This document shows, piece after piece, positions 38,108 through 50,270 of a stretch of DNA of 64,000 nucleotides (position 1 is the first letter of the stretch; each line of letters opens with the position of its first letter). The DNA is from Macrostomum lignano (taxonomy: Eukaryota): contig NIVC01000305.1 of assembly GCA_002269645.1 (NCBI GenBank), positions 248,001 to 312,000 of the forward strand. The letters are read 5' to 3'. The position numbers and the translations under genes were made by a program. The notes beneath the pieces were generated by a model. The model worked only from the letters and a program-made list of their open reading frames with translations. It had not been told where the DNA came from and did no database searches.

Positions 38108-39163
38108 GGATTGCAGAGCGACGTGGTGAGTTTCTGCCAGGAGTGCCAGACCTGCCAGCTAAAGAAGGCACAGCAGCGCCCCGCGGCCCCACTTGGAGAG
38201 ATGCCGATCGGCAAGCGCTGGCAGACTGTGGCCATCGACGTGCTGAAAGTGCCGCTGTCAGACCGCAGCAGCAGCTACCTGCTGGTGATGCAGGACCAGT
38301 TCTCCAAGTTCCTGACCGCCATTCCGATGCCAGACCAGACTGCCAAGACCATCGCGGACGCTGCAGTCAAGTTTTTCTCGCTGTTCGGAGTCCCATCGGT
38401 CAACCACTCGGATCAAGGCGCGAACTTCGAGAGCGAGCTGTTCCAGGAGACGCTGCGAGCGCTGGGCATCAGGAAGACGCGCACATCGCCCTACCATCCG
38501 CAGGGAAACGGCCTTGTGGAGCGCGGCAACAAGTCGCTGTTGCAACTGCTGCGGCTGTTCACCGAGAGGGAGTCCAGCTGGGAGGAGCAGCTGCCGCTGG
38601 TGGTCCTGTCCTACAACTCCAGGGTCCACAGCTCAACCAAGGTGACGCCGCTGACTGTGATGACCGGCCGCGACCCGCAGCTTCCACCACAGGTGCAGGC
38701 TAGCGAGCAGCAGTATGACATCGGCACCTACTCGGCGCTGCTGGAGTGTCGGTTGGCCCGCATCCGCAAGTTCGTTGAGGAAAACCTGGTGGCCGCCGGA
38801 CAGCAACAGAAGGCGGCGCACGACAAGAAGGCGTCGGACCTGCCGCAGTTTCCGCAAGGCACCGAGGTGTTGCTCAGCATCGAGATGCGGCGATCGAAGC
38901 TGGCGCTGTACTGGGAGCCGGGCTGGACGGTGCTCGAGCAGCGCGGCCACTCGGTGCGCATCCGCCGCGCCTTCGGCATTCGGCCGGTCCGCTGGGTGCA
39001 CGTGAACCGGCTGCGCAGGCGGCTCGCAGCCCAGGCCGATGCGGAGCAGCTCCGCGAGCAGCCGGTGACCCACGAGGTCGCCCCGGAGTCGAGCCAGGCC
39101 GAGCGGCGGTACCCGGCCAGGGTGCGGCGTCCTCCGGACTACCTCGGTGTGAGCGCTGAGTGA
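38108..39163 (+). pseudogene. Gypsy integrase of element C (N-terminus lost)
   Basis: C..C..CQ, VAIDVL, HSDQGANFES, YHPQGNGLVER, C-terminal RRYPARVRRPPDYL. Confidence 0.9.
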
Positions 39164-40472
39164 CTGAGGCCATGGACTGTCAGAGACTGTGATTGAAAAT
39201 GTACTTTACTGTCTGCGCTCCTCTTTTTACTCTACATTTCGCTAGCTGTGTCTCACTCTCATCTTTTTATTCCCTGTCGCTATGCTCCTTTTGTGGGGGG
39301 GGGGGAAATGTATTATTCCTTGCCTTAGAGGCAGTCTGAACTGTTAGCAATCATGACAAATAATTAGCTAAATCATTGTATTGATTTAATGTACGTTCGC
39401 TCTATATGTACATCGCAGGCTTAACTTCAACTTGCATAAATAAAGCGATCGCTGCCTCACAGGGCCTTCGTGTTTTTGGTGCTGCCAAATACCGCATGTT
39501 ACACAGGCTTCTTCGATGTTGACTAGAGATGGCCTGGTAGGTCTCCCAGCGGTTTCTCGTTCTCGTAGTTCTCGTAGCGTAGGTAGTGCTGCCACCAGCT
39601 TCGCAGATTCGTAGCCTTCAATGAGGTGCTGAGCTCATAAAAGCAAATAACTAAGACGAGAGAGAAAATCAAGCACTTCGTGCAGATTTAGCAGTTCTCA
39701 ATCAGAAGTGACCACAGTCAGCAGTCCCTGCCAGGTTAGTGCAGGGTTAGAGCGATGGTGCTGCTTCGGGCGATCTAAGCTACCATGCTAATAGATAGCA
39801 AGAACAATCAGAAGCAGGCACGCGCAAAGTCAGGAGTCTTGAGAGTCAAACTTAAGCGCAAATCTACACTCGGAAGAAGGGCTGAGAAACGAGCTCGTAG
39901 TCTGAAATCGGGGCTTGTCTGAACCAAGCCATGAGAGGGGCCGCATTTATATGGAGGATCGATTGCACCATAGCACGGAAGACTCCTGCTGAGGGTCATG
40001 AGTGGCTATGTTGCTACCAGGTATATTAGCAGCAAACGAGCGGGCCCTGCCTCAGAGGAGGCAGGAGGGTCCAGGCGCACGTGATCTCCCCATAAACACG
40101 AGCCCAGCGCACAATGATGAAAACATTGCACTTTGGACTAAAGCAGGAAGAGGGCCTTGTCATGTGACATGGCTCACATGACAAGGGGGAAAGGCCCACA
40201 AGTGAAGGCACTTGTGACTGTGGGACCAGAAAACAGAACAGCACTCCAAATTTGGAGATGCCAAACAGAGAATGAAACCGAGGCATGCCAGACCAAGCTG
40301 TCTGGGCACTGCAAAACGAGAACACAAGACAAAAGGGGGCAAACGAGGACAAACAGACAGACAGGCAAATGGGCAAGGGACAGGCCAGAGGACAGGCGGG
40401 AGGGACAGGCAACTGCCCAGTGGCAGACAGAAGCCTGGGGTGAGGGCAAGGGAGGCAGCTGACTAGTGTGGC

Positions 40473-41145
40473 TGTCACGTTATTGGCGTAGTGGCTAGGG
40501 CCCTTAAAAGGGCCGTTTGACGAGAATTATCGTAAGACGTTGTAGTCCCAAAATGAATCGAAGTAAATTCAGATACAATGGTGACGCAACGTGGTGGGTG
40601 ATGGCGATGAGCACAGTGGAAGCAGTGAGTAGTAAGTAGATGGGCAGATAGTAGCGGCGAGAATGGCGTTAGCTGTGGCAGTACACAGTGGAGTAATGGT
40701 GTGTAACAGGCGGGCCCAGACAGAGGGGCCGTGGCGAGAGATAAGGAGGCTCGAGGCAGCCAGGCGAGAGAAAGGGAGGCGCAAAGGAGACAAGTGAAGA
40801 GAGGCGCAAAGGGAACAAGCGAAGGGAGGCGCAAAGGAGACAATAGAAGACCCCCCAGCCCGCCGCCAGGCGGGGGTTAATAAAGAGCGCAGAGGGCTAG
40901 CAATATACACGCGGAGAATTTTCATTGGCTGGCGAGAGAACTTGAAATTATCGATCGTGCTAAATTTTACAGACGAACGCAAGGTCTACCAAATACACAG
41001 TGAATTAGCAATTAATACAGATTGGTTGCACGCTACTACAAGTAAACGTTAAAATAAACCATTGGAGAAATTTAAGTGAGAAATTGCAAGGGAAACTACA
41101 GTCCAACGGCCCTTTCGCGGGACCACTTTAACTAGCAACGTCACA
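40473..41145 (-). mobile_element. Solo LTR related to the element A LTR
   Basis: tgtcacgttattggcgtag...caacgtcaca, colinear with 31575-32404. 5-bp TSD gtggc at 40468-40472 and 41146-41150. Confidence 0.9.
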
Positions 41146-41408
41146 GTGGCGCCTAACTAAACTAGTGACTCACTACAATAAATAAATCCAATTTTAAATA
41201 GCACAAAACAATTTTTAGTTTTTTTTTTCATTTTTAATTTACTTCTATTTTGTCTATTCTAACAAACAGTGTTTAATTATTCAATTTTAATTTAGCTTAT
41301 AGATATTAAGTTTTATTTAAAAAACATAAATATAATAATTAAATGTAGTAATTTTACAAAAATACCTAAATGTGATATATTTCAATTTTTTATCGAAGTG
41401 GATTCCAT

Positions 41409-42678
41409 GGGCCTTTTCATATTACCAATTCCAGAACCAGAATCGGTTCGGAATTCCAAGAAAAACAGCAGTATAATGAGGTGGGGGTGGAGAAGTTTTA
41501 ACAAGGTTGAAATTTGGAGGTCGGCCGGTAATTCTTCAAAACCGGTAGCGTTGCGTTCGCACGAATAAAACCGGAAAATCGCGCAGACGAATCACAACGA
41601 AATTCTTCTCCTTTACTCCGACTGCCGGGTTCTCAAGTCCGGGGGGAGGGTAGTTGTAATCGTAGCGGAGCGGTCGTAGAGCGGCACGGTCGTTCAGTTG
41701 TAGAAAACACTGGGGTAGATTTGACACCGTAAAGTAATGTGTCGATTTGCAGAGCTGATTACTGTCAGTAGGGTAGTTGCTGCCACCACCGTAATTTACG
41801 TATTACGGAACGTTTAGTGATCTCAGAGCTTTCTTTGAGATGAGATTTCGGTTATTTTACGCCCCACGGGCAAAGGATTCAAGATAGGCTATGGCTTAAG
41901 TCAACGGAATAAATATTAAGCGTTAATTTGTTGTTATTTATTAAAGTAATTTGGTTATTATAATTTTAAAGCAGGTTGTTTATGGATTAATGAGTATTAT
42001 AATGACGATGATGAATACACGGGCGCCGGTGCGCTAATAAACTAATAAATTAATGAACCGTAGAGATAAACAGACAAGATAGTGAGGGAGCGATCGCGCA
42101 AGAAGAAAAGGGGGAATTAAAAAATTGGCAACTGAGCATGAGTAGTTTATATAAGCAAAAGTAGGGCAACGTCCAAAGCATGGGGGAAAGATTAGCCAAC
42201 AAGGGGGCCATACAATGGTTAAAGGAGTAATCACACAGAAAATATATAATGAACCGCTTAATTCCAACTAATGAAAAGGCTGTTAGCCAACGATGGGAAA
42301 CTGATTAGCAACGGTGGGTCCACACACGGGGCCAACAGGAGGAGGGGGGTGATGTCATATAACAATGGTTGGACTCACGGGTTGGTATTCACGAAGAAAA
42401 AGAATACGGGCGCGCATTCAAAATGGAAAAAATTATTAAAATAAAATTATTAAATGGTGGCAACCCCACTGCCACAGTAACTATTAAACTCTGTTAATAT
42501 TTGACTGCCTTAACAACCTAACTTAGCACAATTTTTCACTTTCTTCTTGGCGATTGTCATTCAATAATAAAAACTTTATAGCACGTATCTCCCTCTAGTT
42601 ATGGAGACAAAAAGTTATAGGCCTACTTCACGAATTGGTTCTGGTTCTGGAACCAGAGCAAGCAATATGAAAAGGCCC
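41409..42678. mobile_element. PIF/Harbinger-like MITE hosting LTR copy C5
   Basis: TIR gggccttttcatatt / aatatgaaaaggccc plus subterminal ccagaaccagaa; 3-bp TSD cat/cat. Confidence 0.6.
41477..42476. mobile_element. LTR-like copy C5 (1000 bp, uninterrupted)
   Basis: TGAGGTGGGGG...GTGGCAaccccacTGCCACA; flanks ataa/gtaa (one mismatch); minus-strand TATATAA near 42150 and AATAAA near 41938. Confidence 0.75.
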
Positions 42679-44059
42679 CATTTTGAATCAATATACACTT
42701 ATTTCTCATGAATTCCTTGTGAAATCCACATCAACATTAGGACAGTAGAAAAAAAATAATGCATAAAACTTTGCATACTATTATGTAATCTTATTTCAGA
42801 TTGAAATTATAGTCATTTATTTGTAGTCATTTATTTGAATTTACATTTAAATTCCACATGGCCACATAAAATCCACATAGAATCCATGAATCATTTTTCA
42901 CTGGGTCTGTGTTAAGTAGAAGTGTCTGTCAGCAGATGTCAAGCTGGACCCCCAAAATACACTATGGAGATAGAAACAGTTTGCAGGTGAATAAATTGTA
43001 CAGGCTTCAAGGTAGGGTGCTGATTTTTTACTTGCCAACGCATCATGCGTGTGTCAAGATGAAAACAAAGTTTTATAGGTCTGTATATGTTTTAAGATGT
43101 TCTGCTGAGTTGCATAATAATACACTATGGAGATAGGAACATAGGCCTCTATTTTATATGTGAATTACTTGTACAGGATGTTTTTAAATGCTGAGATATT
43201 TTACGTAGTTCTTATTCTTTTTGCATCAAAGTTTTTGTAAATTTTTATAGCGTTTCATCCAAGTAAAAAAAATTATAGTGGCTTTGTTTTAAAATTTGAA
43301 TGTAAATCTTAATGTCTATTGGGAAATAAATACAACATATTGGTGAGTCCCTTATTTTGCTATATAAAATTTTGAAATTTTTTTGCAGTATATGGAAGTG
43401 ACCCTAGCCTAATGAAATTGGGTTCCAGTCGTTTCGTCTGCTGACAGTTCGTCTGCTGACAGTTCGTCTGCTGAGCAGACGAAAAGTTTTCTCTTTTTAA
43501 AACTGTTCGTCTGCCGGGAAATGGGGGTGGAGGATACGGAGTGGGGTGGGGAGCTGCCCAACCCCACCCTGGGGTTAGGGTGGGGCTGGTCTCTTCAAAA
43601 TGAATCTCTTCATAAAATGTCATCCGTGCAAATTGACCTACTGGGAACTTTTTTTTCAAATTTTCCAATTTTCTGAAAAATTTTTAAACGCATGCCCTAG
43701 AAGCGGCGGCTGCAGGTCAAAAGGGCAACAGATCAAAAAGGCAACAGTCAAAAGGGCAACAGATCAAAAAGGTGACAGTCAAAAGGGCAACAGTCACAAA
43801 TACTTGTTAGAACAAGCTGTTGAAAGTTGAAACTATTTTGAACCCGGGGGACTCCATTCCCGGAATTATTTTTGCATGTATTCTGAAATCTGAGATCAAA
43901 TTCAAACAAAAACTTGTTAATAATTAGGATAAAGTTAAACATAAAAAATAGAGTATACATTCGTGTAAAATTAGGATTTGAAGCAAGCATTGAAATTGTT
44001 GGCTGCATGGGGTGCTGCGCAAACTCTGGCCTCTATCTCTGCCTTTCCCTATGTCCCTT

Positions 44060-44390
44060 GGATCCTTTGAAACTTTTATCTTCTTTTCTGTTTAATATCT
44101 TCTCTCTCGTCTCTCATCTCTTCTTTCTTCTCTCATCTCTCCTCTCTCACCTCTTCTCTCATCTCTGATCTTCCCTCTCCCCCTCTATTCTTTTCTCTCT
44201 CCTCTCCTCTCTTCTCTCTGGTCTCTGCATGATCTCTCATATCTCCTCCTCTTTTATCTCTTCTCATTTCTCCCTGCTCTCTACTCTCTCTTCTCTCTCC
44301 CCTCTTCGAGAGGGGATATTAGAGTAGAGAGGTGAGGAGATGAAAGGAGAGAGAGGAGAGAGGAGAGGAGAGGACTAAGATTTCCCGATT
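44060..44390. repeat. CT/GA low-complexity tract
   Basis: Degenerate ctctc runs followed by gagag runs. Confidence 0.8.
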
Positions 44391-45602
44391 TTCCTTGATC
44401 TCGGTTTCACTTCAACTCCATACATGCACATACCGAGTTTGTATGGGAGTATTATTTGTCACTCCTATATAGTCTCTTACAGGTATTTACAATGTGATGA
44501 AGTGTAAATAGACTTTTATGTAGTTTAAGCGCTTACAAAAGTAACTACATGTATTATTTATTCCAGTTGAAGCATTTTACATAAGACGATCATGGGTTCA
44601 TTTGACATATTACAAATATTATATTAGACATATTACATATGACATATTACAAATATTCTACATACAGTATTCTTGCTACATGTATGCGCAATAGCCGCAT
44701 GCATATGTAACAATATATACAGCTATTTAAGCATAGCTGACAGTCAAACACAACTATAGTTTCATTGCGTTATTATACTTGAGTTAATAATAGTTAAACA
44801 GTTACGCCCCTGTGCGTCCACTGCTCTCAACAACACGGCGGTGCAGTGGCTATAGCAACTAGAGTTTAAGAATATACCAGGTACTTGTAAATTATGCAAT
44901 CTATTGAACTCATAGAACTATGATTGAAACTGCAAGAATTAATTCTTTAGTTCTCATAGCTAAAGTATTTTGACTTCTGAGTTCTGACTCGCTCCTCCAG
45001 GCCTATTAACACAAATGAACACAAAGAGCAATGTGTGAGAATGAGTAATTCGACAAACGGAGCTATTGTTTATTTTGTAAGGCTGTATGAATTTTGGATA
45101 GTGATGCAATGCGAGCAAGCTTATGGGATGGTGTGGACATGCTGAAGGTGCTAATTAATAAGATACATACTATTGACATTGATTGTTCAGTCATAAAATT
45201 TATCAATTTGTTCAATTGTCATTATGCACAAGCGGCAACTTAACAAATTTGGCTGTGAGGCTAGCACACAAGCGCAGAAGGCGCATGATGTCTGCCCTCT
45301 GGCGAGCACTGTTGTCAAACTCCTGCCAGGCAGCTTTAATCTTCTCTTCACGCCGCCTGTAAATTGGTCTAACTTGCCTACCAGCACTTTCCGACGCTTG
45401 CAATTAATGGGCTTGAAGAGCCCCCAAGGTAGCCTGCTGAGCTAGCAGATCTGCCAAGGCGTACAGATTTAAGTTGCCCTTTCTTGCTCTTCATTGAGGG
45501 CCATGTGCCAACCTTCGACAGAATTGTTGGTGCGCTCTCTCTTGCGGTAGACCAAAAGCTCTTCGAGACTCCATATGTTGCTGGAGAGCCACGTCGTGTC
45601 TA

Positions 45603-48106
45603 CCCACTGAAAAAAACCCTAGGGGCCCCCTCTGGGCTGAGCGGAGGGAGCCCCAAGGGGATAGCAAGGGGAATGAGAGTGGATTCGGTAGGGGGCCCCT
45701 AGGGGCAACTAGGGGTTCTGTAGGGGCAAACCCCAATGAAACCCCTATAAATGTATTGAATAGGGGCTAACCCCTAGCACTTTTTGTAGTACTTGTACTG
45801 CTTTTTGCATGTTTGTAGTTGAAATTGGCGATCCTGTCGTAGTACGAAAAAAGGAAAAATGCATATTAATTATTAACTTTTAAGCACATGGATAATTTGA
45901 TCTGGAATTTTACATTACTGTAGATCTTAGAAGTGAGGCGCCGAAAACTATTTATTTTACTACCATTTTACCTTCACGGACACAAGCCAAGCCTCAGTAA
46001 TTTTACAGTAAGAAACAAAATTGATAACTATTAATTTGTTTGCCAATTGCGAAAGTAAAAAAAATACTAAAAACAATATACTCATATTCAAACTATAAGT
46101 ATATGGATGCATTAAGCTTACACGGCGCAATAATGAGTAATGACCTAAAACATACTATTTAAATTCAAATTGAAGTGGTAATTTTTTAGATGGCAATTGG
46201 TTACAAAAAATTAACCTAAAGTAGAAATAGTACTAATCCGAGCAAAAACTTCCAAGAACCCTCTTAGCAAGAACCACTAGGGGTAGAAGAATGGGTCGCT
46301 GCACTTCTAAGAAAAACTCTTGACAGCTGAAAAAAAATCACTTTGCAGATAGACAATAATCTGCAGAATTAGTGTAATACATTGTTCACATAAAAATCTT
46401 AGCAATTAAGAATCAAACAAACAAAAAGGCCTCTTAATAAAACACAGATGCTACTTTTTCCCGAGATTCCCAAGAATTGTGAAGCGTACTTGCGATCAAG
46501 TCGGTTATTTTGTGGTCCATGGCATTTGGAAAACTTTTTCGCACTGCTTGCATTACGACGTCTTTGAGCGGACCGGAAAATGTTTTTTTTTCCGTCCGTG
46601 CCAGTCCGGTTAAAATTTGGACTTTGACATTATCATAAATTGTAAAAATATTTTAGTTAGGCCTATAAGTTACATATATAATATACATAGATTAAACTTG
46701 AAATTGAAATTAATGATTTATGATCACAAAACTATGCTTAGGACCTATATTGATTTGACAAAGAAAATGAAATATAAAGTTATAAATTGAATATGGAATT
46801 TAAGGCTTGCAATTGCATAGGCCTATATTTACTAAGTACTTAAATTTCTTGCAGGAGACCAAAGAAGGAGTCAAAATTCTTGTTTGGTTTGAAGATTCAC
46901 TTTTCAATTGATAATCTTTTAAATTTAACCTTCTTTGGACAATTCTTGGCTACAGTGCATTATTAAGCAATAGGGCCTATCCCATTTAAATTAACAATTA
47001 ACATTAAAGTGCCTATAAAGACTTGAAATAATGTTTTGCTAATTCATCATTAAGCTTAATTGATTCCAGTTTATTTTTCTGCAAGTTCCAAAAAATGTTT
47101 CCAAGAAAACAATTTACTTAATGAAAGAGAATATATGCCTCTTAGATTTCTGGCCTAGGCCTAATCCTAGGCTTGTGGCTTTTTGCTACCAAATACTTCA
47201 ACTTAGTCTTAGTGTTGATGTTTTGTTTTGAACTAAGCTTATACATGTTTGGTTGTATTATTCATGTTGATTTGTGAATAATTTTGAAGGCCCAAATTTT
47301 GTCTTGGCTAGGCCTAACACCTATTTATAGCATAACATATTAAAATAGAATAGAATACATGTAAATTCTTAAAATTAAGCACTAACAGCACCATTTAGCA
47401 TTGCCAAGTCAACAAGTGCACAATGAAAAAATTCAATGCTTCTTGCAGTGATAGGGGGGCCTAGGCCCTACTGAGCAACAAAACTTAAAGCTGATTAAAG
47501 TGGGCAACAATGTGGGCAACAAATGATTCAGCTAGAATAAATACAGAAATTTGTATACATTTATTTTAGAACTAAACATTACTAACTTGACTAAGCCTAG
47601 GAAACCTTTTAATGCAAACAATACAATAAAATGGATGAAACATAGTACGCCTGTCAATATCAAATGTTAAAGAGCCGAAGCAATCAAGAACAGAGTCATT
47701 AAAGGTGCAGCGTAAAAATGGTTTGAAACCAAGAAATTGTAACAGTAATTTTTTTAAAGACCAGCAGAAAATGTATAATAAAACTCTTTAAAACATGTTT
47801 GCGCATTGCTTAACAAGTTATAACGTTCAATAAAAGAAAAACATAAAATGCTTTGTTGAAACGGTTGCTCTAGGGGCATTGTAGGGGCCCGCCCCATTAA
47901 CATGAGAGCTAGGGGTGGGCCCCTATGGTAACCCTTAGCCTATAAAGCAGCTATAAACATTTTATTTTTGTACTTTAAAATGGAATTATCAGGAATTCAC
48001 TTTATTTTTAACTCTAAAACCCTTTACAATAAATTTTTTTCTCCCCGACTGAGCCCCTCAGCCCCTTCAAATCCCCTAGGGGTCCCCTCAAACTTTTTCC
48101 AGTGGG
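45603..48106. mobile_element. Non-autonomous CMC/EnSpm-type element
   Basis: Termini cccactg...cagtggg with TA duplication. Removing it restores the MULE codons TAC GTA GAC. Confidence 0.75.
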
Positions 48107-48380
48107 TACGTAGCGACAGAGTGCTACCAGCGCTTCGGAGTTCGCCTCTTCAGCGAGGGCGCTAAACGCCGTGTAGATGTGTTCAGCAGGAAGGTGGATG
48201 AGCGCCATCAGCTTTCTGCAGAAGAGTCTTGTGCCTCCATCTGCTGCGTAAGACGCGGAGAGCCCAAGCTCCTGGACTTTGCGAAATATACTTTGTGCAA
48301 AGTGGAAGGCACAACCTTGTAGCTGAGCATTGGGGCAGGCATGATGCAGCGCCTCCCACATGGCTGCCTCCCTCCCACAT

Positions 48381-48700
48381 GACAGCTGCAGGTGGATCGG
48401 CGGCAGCGCCGGCGTGGTGGACAGCTGCAGGTGGATCGGCGGCAGCGCCGGCGTGGTGGACAGCTGCAGGTGGATCGGCGGCAGCGCCGGCGTGGTGGAC
48501 AGCTGCAGGTGGATCGGCGGCAGCGCCGGCGTGGACAGCTGCAGGTGGATCGGCGGCAGCGCCGGCGTGGTGGACAGCTGCAGGTGGATCGGTGGCAGCG
48601 CCGGCGTGGTGGACAGCTGCAGGTGGATCGGCGGCAGCGCCGGCGTGGTGGACAGCTGCAGGTGGATCGGCGGCAGCGCCGGCGTGGTGGACAGCTGGTA
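48381..48700. repeat. 39-bp minisatellite (~8 copies)
   Basis: Unit gacagctgcaggtggatcggcggcagcgccggcgtggtg; one unit is 3 bp shorter. Confidence 0.95.
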
Positions 48701-48744
48701 GATTGGCGGCGGCTGTCGGCACCTACCAAGATTGGTATCAAGTA

Positions 48745-49997
48745 TTCGGTTGGGGAGAAAGTTCCCGCTGTTTCTAGAACTTTCTGTCAAACTGAGTTTT
48801 TTTAAACAAAAAGCCAATTAAGAAATAAAATAATCACCATCACAATCGATCACCTTCTGCCATTTTTCGGGCAGACTCATAATACCGTCACTGTAAAATT
48901 TCTCTGGCTTTGAAGTGAAAAAGTTGTTCAGCCAGTTATCGAGCTCTTCATCATCAGCGAAGGTTTTGTTGTTCAAGGCGTTGGCCAGAGACAAAAACAG
49001 GTGATAGTCGCTTGGTGCCAAGTCTGGTGAATACGGTGGATGGGGCACCAATTCCCAGCCAAGGTCCAGTAGCTTTTGGCGAGTCACCCTAGCAGTGTGT
49101 GGACGAGCGTTATCATGGAGGAATCATACCGGGCCATGGTTCGGACGCTTCTGTGCGATGGCGGCGGCCAATCGGTCCAGCTGTTGGCAGTATAGGTCGG
49201 CCGTAATCGATGTGTTGGGTGGCAGCAGTTCGTAGTAGATGACGCCCTTGCAGTCCCACCACACGCATAGCATGACCTTGCGTGGGTGGAGTCCGGCCTT
49301 TGGCTGCAGCTCAGGCGTCGCATCAGCATCAACCCATAATCGTCGACGTTTGATGTTGACGTACAGGCACCACTTTTCATCGCCCGTAACGATGGACTTC
49401 AGCCAGTTGTGCGTGCGCCTGTAGGAGAGGAGAGAAGTGGCCACCTCTGCCCTGCGCTCCTTGTCCCAATCTGACAATTGGTGGGGTACCCATTGTGCCA
49501 GCTTGTACACCTTGCCCAGCTGATGCAAATGACTGGTGACCGTTTTATGGTCTACATCAAGGACTTGCGCTAACTCACGCGTGGTTTGCCGAGGGTCAGC
49601 CTCTACGAGTGTGCGCAGCTGGTCGTCATCAACCTCGGAGGGACGACCTGACCGGGGCAAATCTTCGAGGTTAAAATTTCCCTGGCGAAACCGCGCAAAC
49701 CAGTCCTGGGCAGTGCGTTCAAACACGGTACCCGCACCAAATGCAGCGTTGATGCGACGGCTGGATTCTGCGGCTGACAGTCCAGATTTGAAGTCGTAGA
49801 GCAGGAGACCACGAATATAGGCCCGAGAGAGATCCATAATGCTGGTGACTAGTGAGTAATCTCTTTGGTTTAAATAGCATGTTAGAATCACACACACCCA
49901 CCCTCAATATATACCCACACAGCCGGGCTCTGGAATGTTCCAGAAAGTTCTTAGACAGAAAGTTCTAGAAACCGCGGGAACTTTCTCCCCAACCGAA
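48745..49997 (-). mobile_element. Mariner transposon
   Basis: TIR ttcggttggggagaaagttcccg... at both ends, TA TSD, 1253 bp. Confidence 0.95.
48818..49837 (-). pseudogene. Mariner D,D34D transposase with one in-frame TGA
   Basis: WVPH.L, IVTGDEKW, GPV*FLHDNARPH, PYSPDLAPSDYHLF. The only lesion seen is the stop at 49124-49126. Confidence 0.92.
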
Positions 49998-50102
49998 TAT
50001 TTCATTTCGACAATTTTTTCACTGACATACACGTACACATAAATATATGTGCCATTTCTTAAAAATGGATTAAAAACGATAATGCAATCATTACTTTGCT
50101 TA

Positions 50103-50270
50103 CCTTTTCCCATTTACAGCGGGAGCAAATCCAGTTAAATGAAGCGTCATCTTCTAGAATCTGACGATACTCCTTTTGGCTTATGCCTGAACCACATATT
50201 CGGTGCTGCCATTTACTGCAATCATCACATTGCAAAGCTTGCTGTCGAGTGCTCACACACTAACAGTTTC
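50103..50270 (-). pseudogene. PHD-finger exon inside the MULE
   Basis: ALQCDDCSKWQHRIC...NWICSRC with a GTAAGC donor; the first Cys pair is degenerate. Confidence 0.65.

Larger units (their letters stand above)
32585..39503 (+). mobile_element. Gypsy LTR element C: short LTRs, interior largely replaced by CACTA sequence
   Basis: LTRs at 32585-32784 and 39309-39503 (~95% alike, TGTA...TACA), TSD cagg/cagg, iMet PBS tggtagcagag at 32787-32797, G-rich PPT at 39295-39308. Confidence 0.9.
45190..48741 (-). pseudogene. MULE transposase fragments split by a CMC insertion and a minisatellite
   Basis: GCAFHFAQSIFRKVQELGL..Y, LMAL.HLP, and across the insertion CRY|VDTTWL...RTNNSVEGWH.ALN. Confidence 0.8.

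Noticed and set aside
39504-41180. Another LTR-like element around the solo LTR
   Set aside because: Purine-rich with a minus-strand TATAAA, but I could not define both termini or a TSD.
41789-41808. CRESS-virus origin (TATTAC in a stem-loop)
   Set aside because: TATTAC lies in the stem, the nonamer does not fit NANTATTAC, and there is no Rep gene.
41820-41895. Group I intron R/S-like motifs (TCTCAGAGCT ... AAGATAGGCT)
   Set aside because: The putative P7 breaks in C3 without compensation, and the R-like segment is enclosed in a compensation-supported local hairpin.
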